DNA of 64,000 nucleotides. Source: Gordius albopunctatus (taxonomy: Eukaryota). The stretch is from positions 19,902,001 to 19,966,000 of the forward strand of contig OZ193909.1 of the NCBI GenBank assembly GCA_964276515.1, written 5' to 3'. A program made the translations under genes and the position numbers. Under the pieces are notes generated by a model, which ran no database searches, had not been told where the DNA came from, and worked only from the letters and a program-made list of their open reading frames with translations. Positions 14,240 to 27,441 of the stretch are shown here, piece by piece (positions within the stretch are counted from its first letter, which is position 1; the number at the start of each line of letters is the position of its first letter).

Positions 14240-14893
14240 CTTGTACGACTAATCATAACATTTTATTTTCTGATTGCTAAGTCATGCAATATAATTTTTC
14301 TATGAGAGAACTATGGTTACCTAGGCAATTAGAATAAAGCAACTCGCATCGGTTACCTAGGAAAAAAGTTAACCTTTATTATTCAAGTATTCATACACCT
14401 TAATCATAAAAGTGAATACATTCAAGTATTTGAATGTCTGACAATTCAACGTTATTTTCACACAAATAACCTCGCCAGATGTGTATATAAACGCGATATT
14501 TGAAAAGTATTTATTCATTTGTTTTGCTTTCTATTATTTGGAAATAAAATAGTTGTTTGTTCTCCTACATTTCTTTGTTTAATAAATACTATATTTATTT
14601 TACTATATAGGACTTGAGCAGCAACAGAACAAATTACACTGTGTACCATGAGTTCAGACTTAACAAATTAGAGACCTGCGACGGGCCTGTTTAGGTTAGT
14701 CGGCCCGCCCGTTATAAAAATTAAAAAGCACGGGCCCGTAAATAGGCCCGGCCCGCTAATTAATTGCAAAGCCCGGCCCGGGCCCGTATACAATATTTTT
14801 TTGTTTGCTAATTTTTCCTAAATTTTTAATTTTTTTTTATTAAAATATTTAATCAATATATCTATATATTACAAATATTAATAATAATCATGT

Positions 14894-17800
14894 CTTCTTT
14901 ATCAGTTATTTGGTCCCACATTGGTGGGGTTAGTTTTGATAAGTTTCTTCCATCTTGACCGGGTGAGTGCCATATCTTGAGTAATCTCTTTAGTTTCCAT
15001 AACTTTATCGACATGCTCTTTCCACGTGACACGGGGTTGTCCTCTTCCTCTCTTCCCCGGTACCTCCATGTCCATTACTTTCCTATTTACGTCCTCCGTA
15101 TCCCTCCTTAGTATATGACCATACCACCTTAGCCGACGTTAATCATGTCCGCCATAGATTGAATACCCATTTTTGTCATGAGAAAATCATTCGTCATATG
15201 GTCGAGCTTAGTATACCCCAAGCTCCGCCGTATCATTCTCATCTCTGTGGCTTTTAATAGCTTTAATTCTGTGGTGTTTAATGCCCATGTTTCACTTCCA
15301 TAGAGTAACACCGGTCTTATGATGGATTTGTAAGCTTTGCTCTTCAACCATATTGGCATTTTCTTGTCACACATTACACCGGATATACTTCGCCATTTAG
15401 GCCATCCTTTTTGGATCCGGGCATTGACTTCTATTGTGCAACCTCCCTCTTGATGTAATATCGAGCCGAGTATGTGAACCTGTCTACTTTTGGGTACTTT
15501 AGATGGTCATCCAGCGATGGGGTGCCTGTAACGTTCATTTCCATGTATACCGTTTTTCTATCGTTGACCTTTAAACCATATCCGGCTAAGCGCTTTGACC
15601 ATTTTTCGGCTTCTTCGAATACTTTCTCTCTTGTTTCCTTGCATAGTACTATATCATCGGCATATAGCATATACCATGGCGAAGACTTTTGAACGTCCCT
15701 CGTTATCGTGTCTATAATTATATTAAATAAAAAGGGACTTAAAGCAGAGCCTTGATGTAATCCAATATCCCGAAAAGGTTTAGAGTCTCCAACTGTCGTC
15801 CTAACGCAAGAGTTTGAAGCTTCATAAATATTTTTCATAAGCCGCATATATGCGTCAGGGATATTTTGTTTCCTCAGGCACCACCCTATTTAGTCGCGGG
15901 GGACTGTGTCATAAGCTTTCTCCAAGTCGATAAAAACCATATGTAGGTCTTTCCTCTTTTCACCATACTTATCCATCATTTGTCTCAGGGCGAAGATTGG
16001 GTCGATTGTGGATTTGCCGGCCACGAATCCGAATTGATTAGCCGATATTTCCACCTCGCTTTTCAGCCTTGTTACTAAGATCCTTTCCAAAAGCTTCAAG
16101 GAGTGGCAGGTTAGCTTGATACCTCTGTAATTGCCGCAGTCCTGAGGGTCTCCTTTGCCTTTAAATAATGGTATAATCGTGCTTGCTCTCCATTGATTAG
16201 GGATTCGCTCTTCTACCAATATCTTGTTAAGGAGGTTCGTCATGGTGGTGACTTCTTCACGACATCCGAACAATGCTTCTGTAGGTATTCCATCTGGGCC
16301 ATTTGCTTTTCCTTTTTGCATCTTGTTCATCTGTGTCCTAACTTCATCCTCCTGAAAGAGTTCGACCATATTTATATTTGGCTCAATTTCGGGAAGGGAA
16401 TCCTTGTAGTTTGCAATATTCATAAGTTTCTTAAAATATCCTTTCCACCTTTCAATCACTTCTTTCGGCTTGATTAAGGTTTGACCCTTCTCGCTTTTGA
16501 CTATTTTAAGAATTCCGACATCGCGACTTTTCTTCTCCTTAATCTTGGCCAATTTGTACATAAGCCTATCGCCCCCTTTATAATCCAGTTTGTTTGCCAT
16601 CTCGGTGTACGCGGCATTCTTCGCTTTTGCAACAGCCTTTTTTGCGGCCTTTTTTGCGGCCCTCTTTGCGTACCTGTACTCTTGATAATCATCCGACTTT
16701 TTTGATTTATGCCACCGTCTATATAGATTTTTCTTTCTTTCGATGAAATCTTTAACCGATTGATCCCACCACCATAGTTCCTTATTCATAGCTTTGCCTC
16801 CTTTGGTCTGTCCTAGAACACAAATCGCTGGTGCCTTAATGTCCTTAGATAGCGTCTCCCAATCGTCGTCTACGTCCCTTTGCAACTTCCTTATACCCAA
16901 GAGTGAGCAGGCTTTTTGATGGTATTCTTTGTTCGTCGACGTATCCTTTAGCCTTTCGTATCGGATTCGAGGTTCATAGACCTTTCTTCTTTCGGGAAAT
17001 ACTCTTCTGTCAAGATCCATAACAAGGGGACGATGTTGCCTGGCGATTTCTTCTCCCGGTATCACTTTGCAATCCTTGATACTCCATAAGTCCTTTAGCC
17101 GTATAAGCAAATAGTCGATTTGACTAAAATGCTTCCCACTTCTATAGGTCACAATATTATCTTCGCGCTTTTGAAAATAGGTGTTAACGATCGCCATGTC
17201 ATATGCTTGGGATACTTGGAGAAGTTTTTCCCTTTCTTTGTTCTTCAGACCATGCCCATATCCTCCATAATTGCGTTCATACCGGAGGCGATCTTTCCCA
17301 ACGTGAGCGTTGAAATCTGCCCCAATAATTAGCCTTTCTTGCTGTCCTATTCCTTGTATTTCCTTTTCCAATGAATCAAAGAATATGTCTTTCTCTGATT
17401 CCAAACAACCAATTTGGGGAGCATACCCGCACATTACGGTTAGGAGGCCCCCTTGATCTGCAATCTTCACTCACATTAGCCTGTCGGAACAACGCTTTAC
17501 TTCCACCATCTTGTCCTTGAACGATTCACTTAGGACGATGCCGACCCCGTTTCTACGATTTGATGACCCACTGTAGAAAAGCTTTTCCGTTCCACCTCGT
17601 CTCTTGTAGGCAGGCGATGTGTACCTTTCTTTATTTTAGCATCTGTGCGACCTCGATGCTCTTCCCCGTCAACGTTCCCACATTCCAGTACGTAATTGGC
17701 ATTCTTTCCACAAATAGTTTCCTTAACCGCCTTCGTTGTGAGTTGGGCAGTAACCCTAGTGTATTTTTCACATTGCACGGGGGGGGGGGTATGCAGTGCG

Positions 17801-17948
17801 CGTCGTTTGTGGAGGACGCCCTAGCCTTTTCTTGTAAAATTTTGTTTGAAACTAACATAGTTTTTAAGTTGATTTTTATAGCCGGTTTCCAACCTGACGC
17901 CAACCCTCCACTTTTTGCACACGGACTTGGGACCGTCGTAGGTAGTGT
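14894..17948 (-). mobile_element. Full-length, disabled RTE-clade LINE, copy B (diverged subfamily)
   Basis: Same APE-RT motifs (YWNVGTL, GADFNAH, NYRGIKL, FIDLEKAYD, GLHQGSALSP, YADD). Short GAA tail. 18-bp TSD TATTAATAATAATCATGT (14876-14893 / 17949-17966). Multiple stops, frameshifts and deletions. Confidence 0.95.
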
Positions 17949-18777
17949 TATTAATAATAATCATGTAAAAATAATAAATCATCAATTATTTCTAGTCTCA
18001 AGCGAGTTCTTCTTTCTTCAATCAATCGACCTGGAGTTGGAAAAATTTTTTTATTAGTGGCACTTGTGGCAGGAGTACATAAAACTTTATATGCCAAATG
18101 AGATAGTTTTAGATACCTAATTTAAGGTTGAATTGATATTAATAACATTTACTTCGTTTCTTTGGCTTTCCACCATTTAATAAGATCAAAACATTCAGGA
18201 TCTACATATTCCTCAAGATATTGATTAAATTGATTTGTTAATGAAGGTATGCTTTCATTATCCTCCCATTCCGAAAATATGCATTTAGATTTTTTAGCTA
18301 AAATATTACTAAAATTTTGTCTTAAAATTTAAAATCTTACCTTGAGACATACTTTTGTAATTTTCTAAATTCTCGGAAAAACTAACTAATTGAGTAAAAT
18401 CATCGCGATCTATAAGACTTTTTATTTCTTCATAAGTCTCCCTTTCTTGAGTAGTAGCCATTTTTATGTGTTTAAATTTGGGGTGAAGCGCCGTAGCCAT
18501 TCTAATGCAAGGAATGGATGGTATATTTTTGATTTTATTTTTGATATTTCTAATTTGATTGTCCAAAAATGCATCATTTTCCATCATATTAATTAATTTT
18601 AATTTCCATAAAAACACATAAGGCATAGTTGATTTTGAGTCCGCCTCTAATTGTGTGCTTGCTTCTTTAAATGGTCTCAATAACTCAATAGTGGATTATA
18701 GCAAAGGTTTGCTTATTATATTAACGAACATAAAGGTTTTTTGGTTAAAATCTCTTCAATTTCATCTAACATATTAT

Positions 18778-18938
18778 CATGGGCGTAGCCAGCAATGGGA
18801 TTAGAGGGGGGGGCAATAATGATTTAGGGAGAGGCAAAATGATTATTTTCTAAAAATTTAGCCATAATTTTAATAAATTTTAACAAATTTTTGGATTTAG
18901 AGGGGGACAGCCGCCCCTCCCCCCTGGCTAAGCCCAGG
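18778..18938. mobile_element. hAT-type MITE family 1 (CATGGGCGTAGCC termini)
   Basis: TIRs present; TSD CATATTAT/CCTATTAT. More than 10 related copies or fragments across the window. Confidence 0.75.
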
Positions 18939-21114
18939 CCTATTATTAACACTTTCCAAAAGATTAAATTTGGAATTCCACCTAACAATTACATCTTGAT
19001 ATAAACAATGGCTTAGATTTCTATTTAAACCACTTTGTTTAAAGTACCGTACTAGAGTTTTAGTGTCATTTATCATGTCCAATACATCTGGAGCATTTTC
19101 ACAATTATTTAATTAAAATATAAAAATTTGTTATAGAGTGAAAATCTCAAATAGTTATATAACAAAGTTTTAAAATGAGAATATTCAAAATATTAATCTT
19201 GAAATTTTATTAACTTACTCTTAAGTTTGTGACTAGAAGGATAATGTAGTTTATTCCTGTATATAATAGCTAATGAAAACTTATCTATTTGAAATTTGAA
19301 TTGCGCGGTAGTTTTGTAAATGAATAAATAAAGGAGGAAATTCAAATGTATTTTCATTGTCAATTAGACAAAAAACAATTAAAAATAAAAAATAAAGTTT
19401 AACACATATTTGTTTTTACATTATATTTCTAGTATAATAAAAGTTTAAACTATTTTGCAACGGGCTTTTAGAGGGCCTCAGTTTAATCTAGGCCCGGCCT
19501 GAGTCCGCTAGGGAATTGAACCGCCCGTGCGGGCCGGGCAGATCTCTACTCCTGGTAGCCTCATATTCAATATAATGCATTTGACGGCTATGGTTCGGCA
19601 GGCAGAGAAGTCGCTGGGGTGCTTTAAAAATCTTTAGCCGTTTTGGCTGAATTTATATAATCATTTTGATTAATTAACTACAGACTTAAAATATCATCGT
19701 TGGGAGGATAATGTATGTTGCGAAACTTGAAGATACTTTTACTTCATCAAAAATCATTTTAATGTTATTTTTATATTATATTTTAATTCCACGGATATAA
19801 ATGTGCAATATATATATAGAAAAATTATTTACATGTTTTAAGGGCAACTTATATTTAATGCAACGAGCTAAAATTAATAAAATTTGAATTAAACGCGGCT
19901 ACTTGGGTGTGGTAAATTACCCAATATTGAAAGTATTCCAATTATAAGCAAAAATTACAAGTTGACAGGACAAGACACGACGACAAAAAGCGAGCCCATA
20001 AATTGCATAGCAATTAATATTAATTTACATTTAACAACCTAAACGTGAACTACAAAATAACAAATGCAAAAAATTTATTATATTATAATTATTAAAATTA
20101 AGGCCAAGATCTCGTTGTTAAAATATCGTATCGTCTCGTCTTGATCTCGACCCAATTTTTTAAAGTCTCGTCTCGGTTATAGAGAATTTCCTCGGATTTC
20201 CAGAATCACTATACCTAAGGGTTCAGTTGGTTCAAAATTAAAATCATATGTTTTTAAACGTTTTTGAAAAAAATGGTTCGTCATTTTAATTAAAGGAGGA
20301 AATTTATTAAAAACTTTTAATGTTTCCTCCAATGCGCCCTCTACTTCCTCGCCAAAAAAATTATATCTCGGAATTGACAGCTCTTTCATTATCAATTCTA
20401 GGGATTTCAATCCCTTTTTTCAATAACACTAAAATTTTATTCTTTATAGGTTCATTTTAATTATTGAATTTGATCTTTTATATGAAACGAGTGAAAAATA
20501 TTTTTCATATTTTGGCCATGGCAATTTCAATTCATCTGCTGATTTTGAATATTCAGAATCTAAAGATGACGACGATATAATATTATGATTGTCCATATTA
20601 ACCTATAAATTAAACTATAATTAATAATATCAAACTAATTAACTTTAATCTTATCTTCTTTTGCACGTTATAGTATGTTAAAAGTATTTCGGAATTGGTA
20701 ATAGGAAACAGGAAAAACAGTTGATTAAAAAATATAATACTTTTTTGTTAAAAATTCGGATTGACATTAATTTTCAAATAAATAAAAACAAAAAAGGTTT
20801 TTAAAATTGAACGAACGTTAAATTCGAACGCGTTCATCAAAAAAGGAACGCGTTCACGTTCAAAGTTCACCAAAAAATAAAAGAACGCCGTTCATAAAAT
20901 TTGAACGCGTTCACTTACAGCACTAGTATTCATTGATAAGATCGTAATTATTCTATAAAGATATAAAATTATATAAAAAATACCTACATACCAGATTCAA
21001 TTTTTAACCTAGCGCGAAAAGTACAAAATGATTTGTATCTTTTTTTAGTTCGCTTTTTGCCGCAGGCGAAAATAATCGTCTGCGGTTTCAATTGTTATTT
21101 TCGTGATATATGAT

Positions 21115-22050
21115 TAGAGGTGGGCGCGGGCCTAATTTTTTATTCACGGCCCGCCCACTCACGGTGGTATTAAAAAAAATTCACGCCCACTCACGAAAGG
21201 CAATATTTTGATTCACGCACGTCACGCCCGAAAATTCACGGTGTTTTTAAATTTTTCAAAATTAGTAATGGTAACCTATAATTATACACTTTGTTGAATT
21301 TATTCTATTTATTTCTATAATTCCATAACAAAAAATAATTACAATTTATAAATCGAAATTTTTATTTAAAAAAAGAATAATATCCATGTTTTTTGATTTT
21401 AATTGAGTACGCCTTTCCTCCAACAAGCGATTGGCTACAGAGAACAATCTTTCACTAGATGCCGAACTTGCAGGGGCTGATAAAATTTTACTCGCTAATT
21501 TTTTCAAAAAAGGAAACAAATTTTCATGCTTCCAAAACTTCAAAATACTATCATTATTATTTGTCTTTTGAGCGATGAATCTTTTAAGTTCATCTTCGCA
21601 GCTTTCTTCAAAAGATGGTGAGGGTTCATCAGTATCATCTAGAAATTCTCTAAATGTTTCATTTAGAATATTAGGTTTCTTGTGAGTGTAGGACGAATAA
21701 TGACAGCTAATAGTTGGTGTTGGCATTGACTCATTCATATCATATTTTATGACATTTAGCATTTTTATGGTAGTTTTATATATATCAACTTGCCGAAAAC
21801 AATCTCGCCGAATTTAATGTCCCACAGAATAATAAATAATATATATATTTGTTAAAATTATAAATCTGCAAATTTATATTAATAAAAAACAATTTTAAAA
21901 ATTAAAATCTCCGTGATTTATGGAAATTTGTGTTCACGCCTCCGTGATTTATGGAAAATTTTGGAAAGGCCCGTCACGCCCAGTCACGCCTACTAATTTA
22001 AAATTTCTTCACATTCACGCCGTGACCCACCGTGCCCGTGCCCACCTCTA
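21115..22050 (-). mobile_element. Non-autonomous hAT element retaining the C-terminal dimerisation domain (ORF 21346-21762)
   Basis: TIRs TAGAGGTGGGC...GCCCACCTCTA, perfect 8-bp TSD TATATGAT, TCACG subterminal repeats and ILKFWK...FPFLKKLASKILSAPASSASSERLFS. Confidence 0.92.
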
Positions 22051-24016
22051 TATATGATAAATATTACGATTAATATAAAGATATTAAGAAAAAAGAATGA
22101 AGAATAGTTTGATAAATTTGCTCAAAACTTCACTTCGCTTTTTTTCGCTTCGTGCGTCATCACGAACGTTCCGTAAAGGGTTTTAAAAACAGATTTAGGT
22201 CACATAATTAAAATGACACTTATATAGATAAGTGAGGTGGAAAAATAGAAGCTAGCTTAGCCAAGATTCGTAATTAAAGGGGCGAAAAATGTTTTTTTAA
22301 TTTAAATTTTATTTAGTATGTATAACTTTAAACACATAAAGGAATAGATAGTATTAATTAAGCTATTATTATTTACTGGGTTGATTAAGTTTGTATTATA
22401 AACAAAGCTATTGAGTGTTGGCAACTCAACAGTCTGCTTTTTACAAATTAAAAATAACTATCAAAAAACTAGTTCATTAATAACATTGATATAATTTAGT
22501 TTTATCTATGAATAAATAACTTAAAGTGTAATGTTCAATAAGAAGTAAATTTAAATTGGAAAGTTTTAAAACAGTTGCTAAGCTAATTCATCTCAGCCAA
22601 TTTATTAACTTATTTACTGTATCAAATATCCAATTAGGTGAGGAAAAAATGTGACATTAAACAACAGAAATAATTTATACAATGTCTTAAAAACCAATAA
22701 CTTTGTTATTCTCAACATTTTAATTGTTGGACAAATTCCAACAAGCCCATTTTACTTTTATAGCCTAAAATAATGACAATATTTTAACACCATTCTAATG
22801 GTTGGATCAGTGCCAACATACACATTTTAATATTCCAGCATTTAATTATTTATCAAAACAATACCATTTGGAAATAAAACAACTTAAAAATTAGTTTTAA
22901 ATAAAATCAACAAATTTATCTATATTAGGTATACAAATATGTAAAATATTATGTTTAAAATCATAAAAATCAAAAAATACATGTCCCTTCTAATAAAAAG
23001 GCCTATCAATTAAAAAAAATTCTATACCTAACCATATTAAATGAATATACAAAATGCTTATACTTTTTTGATTATAAATGCTGGTTGCACACGCTAACTT
23101 TGAACAAAAATCAATAATCTTTCAACTAGACATATCTAATATTTACCAATTATAAGGAGAGGAGGGGATAAAAAAGTATTAGACTAAGGGTCTTGCCAAA
23201 ATTGAATAAGTATTTATACAACTAAAAACCATTTTTGAAAACAATTATCCAATAATACTTTCTTAATTTATTCAAAATTAAAATAGACAAATGATAAATA
23301 AATTAAAAAATGAATATAAACATAGGGTTATTTTCAATCATGTTTTGTTGATTTATTCACACTAACATTGTAAAAAGTGGTATAAAATTTGTTTGTCGGT
23401 TACATGATACTTTATGAATACAATAACTCATGAATTAACCTATAGCTTAGCAATTATCATGTAAACTTTGGAAATGAATATCTAATATTTATAATTGTAA
23501 AAATTGTGCATATTGAAAGAGTAATAAAGTTTTTTATTTAATTAATCAAATATTGCATCATTTAATAAGCAAGAAACATTGGCAAACAAACTATTTTAAT
23601 ATAAGACAAGTCTGAAGCAAGTCTTTAGGGTATTAACAAAAAGTCATAAGTTGTAAAAGTGGTGGTAATTTAGACTTTGACCAAAGTATAAGTTGTATCT
23701 AATTTGTATGAAGTAATGTAATTTTAATAAAATTATTCTAAAAATGTTTTTAATAGAAATACACACTAGTAGCTTACAAGTTTTTACTTTATTGATATAT
23801 CGAAAACAGAAAGAGTCTCAATAACAAGCAATATAGATATAAAAATGATGTACTGCACAATAAAATTGGGTGATATTGAGCAAAAAATATACAGAGAAAC
23901 ATATGATGTCTTGATTAAATTAATATTTGAAAATATAATGACTATAGCTAGTAATACAAATATTTAAAAAAAAACCAAAGATTCTAAATTAAATGGTAGA
24001 ATAAATTTTGACTAAT

Positions 24017-25092
24017 TTATGCACGTACTAAAACACATTTGCCAAAATTAGGTATAAATATGTTATGAATTTGTCGAGTGTCTGCAAAGGCATTGTTTGA
24101 TGCTTCTTTAACAATCATGGCCACCCCTTCAAATGTATATTCTGATTCTTTCAGTGGAATCTTATTCATGGGGTTATGGGTAAAATTTATCAAACAAGAA
24201 AATTTAACTGGCACCCATTTTTCAATTTTAATAGAGTTCTTTGAGCCTACTCCACCCTTTTGAAGCAAAAAATTTGTTTTAATGTCTTGACAGTCCCCAT
24301 TGTAAAAAACTGTTGTAATAACTGCTTGTCCAATAGGATTATGGCATGAATATTCATACATAGATTCCCCAATATTATTTGGCATATTATGATTAGATAC
24401 AAGTTGATTTTTTGGAGATAATCTTAAGGACTTTAAGTTTTGAAAATCAAATTCATTACTTCTTTCATATGGTGGACTATATAATTCATTTTCCAAGCTA
24501 TTATTCAGAGTTGCAATCAGCATTGAATTTTCATTAGCATAGTTAAATTGAGAAGGAGCATGAATTATGTATGTTTGACCAATAGTCAGGGCCTCTAGGG
24601 AAAATCCAAAACCATGTGGCTGATTGCTATCACTCCAAAAATAATTCTTATTGTTATTTAGTGTTGCACCTTGAAATGTAAAGCGTTTTGTGTAGCCAGT
24701 TCCTAAACTTATCAAGTATCTTGATACTCCATTGAACAGGAACTCGGATTGCATATTGTCTTCTGCTAATTTCCTAACTTTATACTTAAACCCTGGCATT
24801 ATATTGATATCCACATACATCCCTAAAATAATATAAACTCCAATCAAATCATAAAAATACCTATTACAGGACGTTCGTATGGCATTATATTTTTCACAAC
24901 ATAACTTATAGGCATATCACCGATTTCTGCACCATTAACAAATAAATGAATCGGTAGGATTTCCGAAGTTTGAATTTCCTCATTATAATAATTTTTATTT
25001 TTGCCCAAAACTTGTTTAATGTTTTTATCTAACTTAGAATGTGGGGAGCTTTTTAACTCGTTTTGAAATTTAGAGGATGATATGAAGTCCAT
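24017..25092 (-). CDS. Hypothetical 345-aa protein; exons 25092-24861 and 24822-24017
   Basis: Two abutting ORFs join in frame across a 38-nt GT-AG intron (24823-24860), giving PYERPVIGMYVDINIMPGFKYKVRK. Long open frame in very AT-rich DNA, globular-looking composition and no TE motifs. Family not recognised. Confidence 0.7.
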
Positions 25093-27147
25093 GTTTATTT
25101 TGAAAAAATGATGAAATAACTTATGGCATGGATACGACAGAGATATTAGCTCCACGAGGTGATTTCAAATAAGGTCATATGCCCTATCAACTTGCCGAAA
25201 ACCATCTGGCCGAATTCACTCTGGGACATTTTGTGATTGGTTGAAATTATAACGTGATTTCAAAACATTCTAATTCTATTGGTGGGTTAAACGAATCATG
25301 CACAACATCGAGAAATTTTAACATCGAGAATAGTTTGACAAATTAGACAATATATCTGAAGCATCAAATTAATATTGAAAAATATATGTATTTTGTACAA
25401 ATTTCATTTAATATTAAAATATTAAATACTATTGTATAATTAATATATATTAATTAACTATATAGTAAAGGTTTTATAATAACAATGTATTGATATTAAA
25501 TAGTTGCCTGTCAAGACTATAGATATGAGCAGTTTATCATAAATAAATAAAAATATATTAGTTTGTTATATATTTATATATGATTTTATTTTTATAATAT
25601 ATGATTATGTATAAAGTTTTATATCAAATGAACTGATATTTATGCGATTGCTAACATATGAAGAGTCATTGTAAATTTAATTTTACTTAAATTTTATAAA
25701 TAATTATGTAGTAGTTTTATGGATAAAATATTGTAAATTAAATAATATATAGTTTTATATCAACAAATTAAAATAATTATTTAAACTAATGTAATTTTAC
25801 CTATAACATGTGGAAAAATACTTAATATCGTGGATAACCTTATTTTATTTGTATAAGTATAGCAATGGCTTATCTGAATTCGCACAAACTTATTACTATC
25901 TCCACCTTAACTATGCTTGTAATTTTGTAATTATATGTGTAATTTTTTATATAATATTTTATAATGTTCTATATTAGCACAAGATCTGGAGGAGGAAAAA
26001 AATGGAGGTTTTATAATAATATAATCTTTATGAAAAGGGTTTTTAAGGAAACACCCACAATAAGACATTAGATGATTCATAAATATTGAGAAATATAAGT
26101 GCTTAAACGAGGAGGAACGTGACATGTTGTCTTTGAAAACTCTTTTGTCAGATACTAAATATTAAAACAATTGTAATTTTATACGCTAATCATGGATAAC
26201 TTTATATTATTTGTGTAGGTATTACAAATGCTTATCAAAATTCTTATAAACCTATTAATATCTCAACCTTAACTATGCTTGGGATTATGTGTGATTTTTC
26301 TTACAAACATTAATAATTTTACATTGTGTTATCACAGAGGATCTGGAGGAGGTAAGAAACAAAATAGCAGTTTTATAAAAATATAATCCTTATGGAAAAA
26401 GTTTTTGAGGAAACATCTACAATAAGCACCTTAGGTGATTAAAAAAGACCTTTTAAAAAATATTCATATTTTCTGATCAGTTGAATAGATTAATAGATAT
26501 TCAGAAATCTAAGTTTTTAATAGATATTGAGGAATCTAAGTTAAATGATAAAAAATAATTATTACTGAAATATATTAGATATTATCTTATATCTAGGTCT
26601 CTCAAAATGGTAAGTTTTATTATTATAATTTAGATCACATGTAACAAAAATAATATATATATATACACAAGGTATATCGAATTTAAAAGTATTTATAATA
26701 AAAAGTATATCATACAAATGCACAATCATTACATTCCTCCTTATCTTAAAGATCGTACTCATCATGATAGCGTAAAAGCGGTATCGGTCTTCTATTTGAC
26801 CTTTTTAAAGTAGTAGCTTCTAATTGAACTTTCGGTTGCATATTCGGTACGTTACTAACATCGGTTCTATTCTCTGTCGTTGGTATAACTCCAGACCTAT
26901 ATCTAGATCTTAATTGATCCGCGTGTTTTCTACGGAAACCATTATCAGTTCGTACACTATAAGAACGTTCCCCTTTTCGTTCGACAATTACGCCTTTATA
27001 CCAACCGGTTTTTATTTCATTTTTAATCCATACCAGATCGCCCGACCTGAATTCCCGAATTTTGATTTTACGATCATGATAAAATTTTTGCTTTGCCACT
27101 CTTTCTCTCAATTTATCCCTAGGATCAAATCGAATATAACTCAAAAT

Positions 27148-27441
27148 ATTTTATACTAATGAGCGTCAGAGGTTCAGTAAGCGCGAAGAAGAAACGATAA
27201 AGAGGTAAAAGTGGGGGGGGGGTGAATTATAGTGAAATCCTAAGGAAATTTTACGGTCTTTAAGCAGTTGCAAACTTGTTGTGGTTCTGTGTGTCTAAAA
27301 ATTTGAGCGTGACCAACGGACCAGATTTGCCAGCTGGGTATCATCGAAGAATGCTTCTCGTGAAGGAGCATCGGCCGGATTCGCATTGGTAGTCACTCAT
27401 TCTAAGTTCTCTTTGATTTTCAGCATGTGGTCTAACCCCAT
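27148..27441 (-). repeat. Left arm of 294-bp inverted repeat (partner 28268-28561)
   Basis: Reverse complement of the last 147 nt of the RT-RH ORF plus 147 nt downstream. 12 substitutions counted by eye (~96% identity) and no indels. Confidence 0.95.

Larger units (their letters stand above)
14669..19548 (-). mobile_element. Decayed hAT transposon hosting RTE copy B and a MITE
   Basis: TIR-like TAGAGACCTGC / GCAGATCTCTA with GGCCCG subterminal repeats. Transposase fragments LVRYFKQS...QDVIVRWNSKFNLLE (18897-19082), RPFKEASTQLEAD (18309-18680) and a CTPATSA-like dimerisation remnant at ~18060. The 8-bp TSD does not match. Confidence 0.65.

Noticed and set aside
8157..17778. Antisense and alternative-frame ORFs over the RTE elements
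   Set aside because: Shadow ORFs of GC-richer LINE sequence. Only the first ~35 aa of 8157-8597 are real (Gypsy gag).
24844..24847. Overlapping stop/start suggesting translational coupling of two ORFs
   Set aside because: Explained by a 38-nt intron joining them into one gene.
27150..27200. Hammerhead-like CTAATGA-GCGT...GCGC-GAAG at the outer end of the inverted repeat
   Set aside because: Two core positions are non-canonical in both arms (CTAATGA, GAAG), and there is no stem III or UH site.
27386..27441. N-terminus of the 342-aa ORF call
   Set aside because: TTG start and first 19 codons are antisense RNase H sequence from the inverted arm, open by chance.
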